From Candidatus Nanopusillus sp. (GTDB lineage: Archaea; Nanobdellota; Nanobdellia; Nanobdellales; Nanobdellaceae), in contig JBMSAQ010000008.1 in assembly GCA_049414405.1 (NCBI GenBank), forward strand, positions 25,505 to 57,504: DNA of 32,000 nt, given 5' to 3'. Under the pieces are notes generated by a model. That model searched no databases, was not told where the DNA came from, and saw nothing but the letters and a program-made list of their open reading frames with translations. This document shows positions 31,360-32,000 of the stretch, in pieces (positions within the stretch are counted from its first letter, which is position 1; every line of letters begins with the position of its first letter). The translations under genes were made by a program, and so were the position numbers.

Positions 31360-32000
31360 ATGAAGAAAGTTGCCTTTATATCCCAAGAATTTGCAATTGA
31401 TAAATTACCAACATATGCTGGGGGATTGGGAATTTTAGCAGGAGATCTACTTTATTCATCAAATGATTTGAAATATCCAATATATGGTGTAACATTTGTA
31501 AATAAAAATGGATATGGAAAATATGAAATAAAAAATAAAGAAATAATATATGAAGAAGAAAGTTATGATCCATTGGAATATTTTTTAGAAATTGAAGATA
31601 AATTTCATATAAATTTGAAAGATAAAAGGATATATTTTAGAGTATGGCAATATCCATTATCCCATTCGAAATTATTCTTATTTGATACAGATTTACAGGA
31701 AAATGACCCAAGTATAAGAAAATTAACCGGAAGATTATATTATGAAGAAAATGAAGAAGAAAAATTATTAAAGGATTTATTGTTAGGATTGGGTGCATTA
31801 GAATTCTTTGAAAATTATGGAATAGAAATTGATAAATATCATTTAAACGAATCTCATGGAGGTTTTTTAGCAATAGAATTATATAAAAGATATAGGGATA
31901 TAAATAAGGTAAAAGAAAAGATTGTATTTACTACTCATTCAATTATTGCAGGTCATGATTCATTTGATTATGATCTAGTAGAAAAATATTATGATATTCC
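31360..32000 (+). CDS. glgP: Alpha-glucan (glycogen/maltodextrin) phosphorylase, GT35, N-terminal part (continues past the window end)
   Basis: Absent from the ORF track because it has no stop in the window. ATG at 31360; MKKVAFISQEFAIDKLPTYAGGLGILAGDLLYSSNDLKYPIYGVTFVNKNGY...LFDTD...HLNESHGGF matches the N-terminal signature of archaeal/bacterial alpha-glucan phosphorylases (aYFSmEf.....p.YsGGLG.LAGD..ksa.dl..P..gvg..Y..GYf). TATA-like aataaatataaag lies ~28 nt upstream. Confidence 0.8.
   Translation, partial: MKKVAFISQEFAIDKLPTYAGGLGILAGDLLYSSNDLKYPIYGVTFVNKNGYGKYEIKNKEIIYEEESYDPLEYFLEIEDKFHINLKDKRIYFRVWQYPLSHSKLFLFDTDLQENDPSIRKLTGRLYYEENEEEKLLKDLLLGLGALEFFENYGIEIDKYHLNESHGGFLAIELYKRYRDINKVKEKIVFTTHSIIAGHDSFDYDLVEKYYDI

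Noticed and set aside
31376-31873. Minus-strand ORFs 31376..31573 and 31637..31873, and the minus ORFs inside GlyRS and EF-2
   Set aside because: They are antisense to strongly conserved genes (alpha-glucan phosphorylase, GlyRS, aEF-2).
1-32000. Search for tRNA (including split tRNA halves), rRNA, CRISPR repeats, IS elements/transposases and inteins
   Set aside because: I found no T-loop-like GTTCRANYC in a GC-rich context, no regularly spaced direct repeats, and no terminal inverted repeats or transposase/integrase ORFs. There are no intein-like insertions in EF-2, GlyRS, the helicase or the ATPase. The only GC-rich non-coding islands are those reported at 6116..6185 and 18104..18181.

Overview
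This is a very AT-rich (about one quarter G+C by eye, not computed), tightly packed archaeal chromosome segment. I count about 37 protein genes, many with 1-17 nt overlaps. TATA-like boxes sit about 24-29 nt upstream of start codons, a leaderless-style layout. The proteins are rich in K, E, I and N. Confidently recognised genes are aEF-2, exosome Rrp4 and Rrp41, ribosomal protein eL33 (L35Ae), archaeal/eukaryal-type GlyRS, RNase J, a FlaI-type ATPase with a FlaJ/TadC-type platform protein, a Cas4/RecB-family nuclease, two monocluster ferredoxins, a Dph6/MJ0570-type PP-loop ATPase, an Lhr-like helicase core, and a partial alpha-glucan phosphorylase. The gene content plus several truncated, possibly split, genes suggests a reduced DPANN/Nanoarchaeota-like thermophile; this is inference. 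I saw no rRNA, tRNA, CRISPR array or IS element. Seven observations seem most worth following up. (1) A four-CBS protein has a C-terminal ~100 aa that reads like a RaiA/HPF ribosome-hibernation fold, and its gene abuts rrp4. (2) A minimal type-IV-filament-like operon encodes two pilin-like proteins, an ATPase and a half-size platform protein. (3) A PP-loop Dph6-like gene overlaps a class-I glutamine-amidotransferase-like gene close to EF-2. (4) A candidate C/D box sRNA and an adjacent GC-rich hairpin lie in a 113-nt convergent intergenic region. (5) Three tandem paralogous membrane proteins follow the ferredoxin pair. (6) A cluster of lineage-specific coiled-coil proteins includes one that is membrane-anchored. 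(7) A single quasi-palindromic TATA element sits in a 51-bp divergent intergenic region. All functional calls come from reading motifs by eye; no searches were run.
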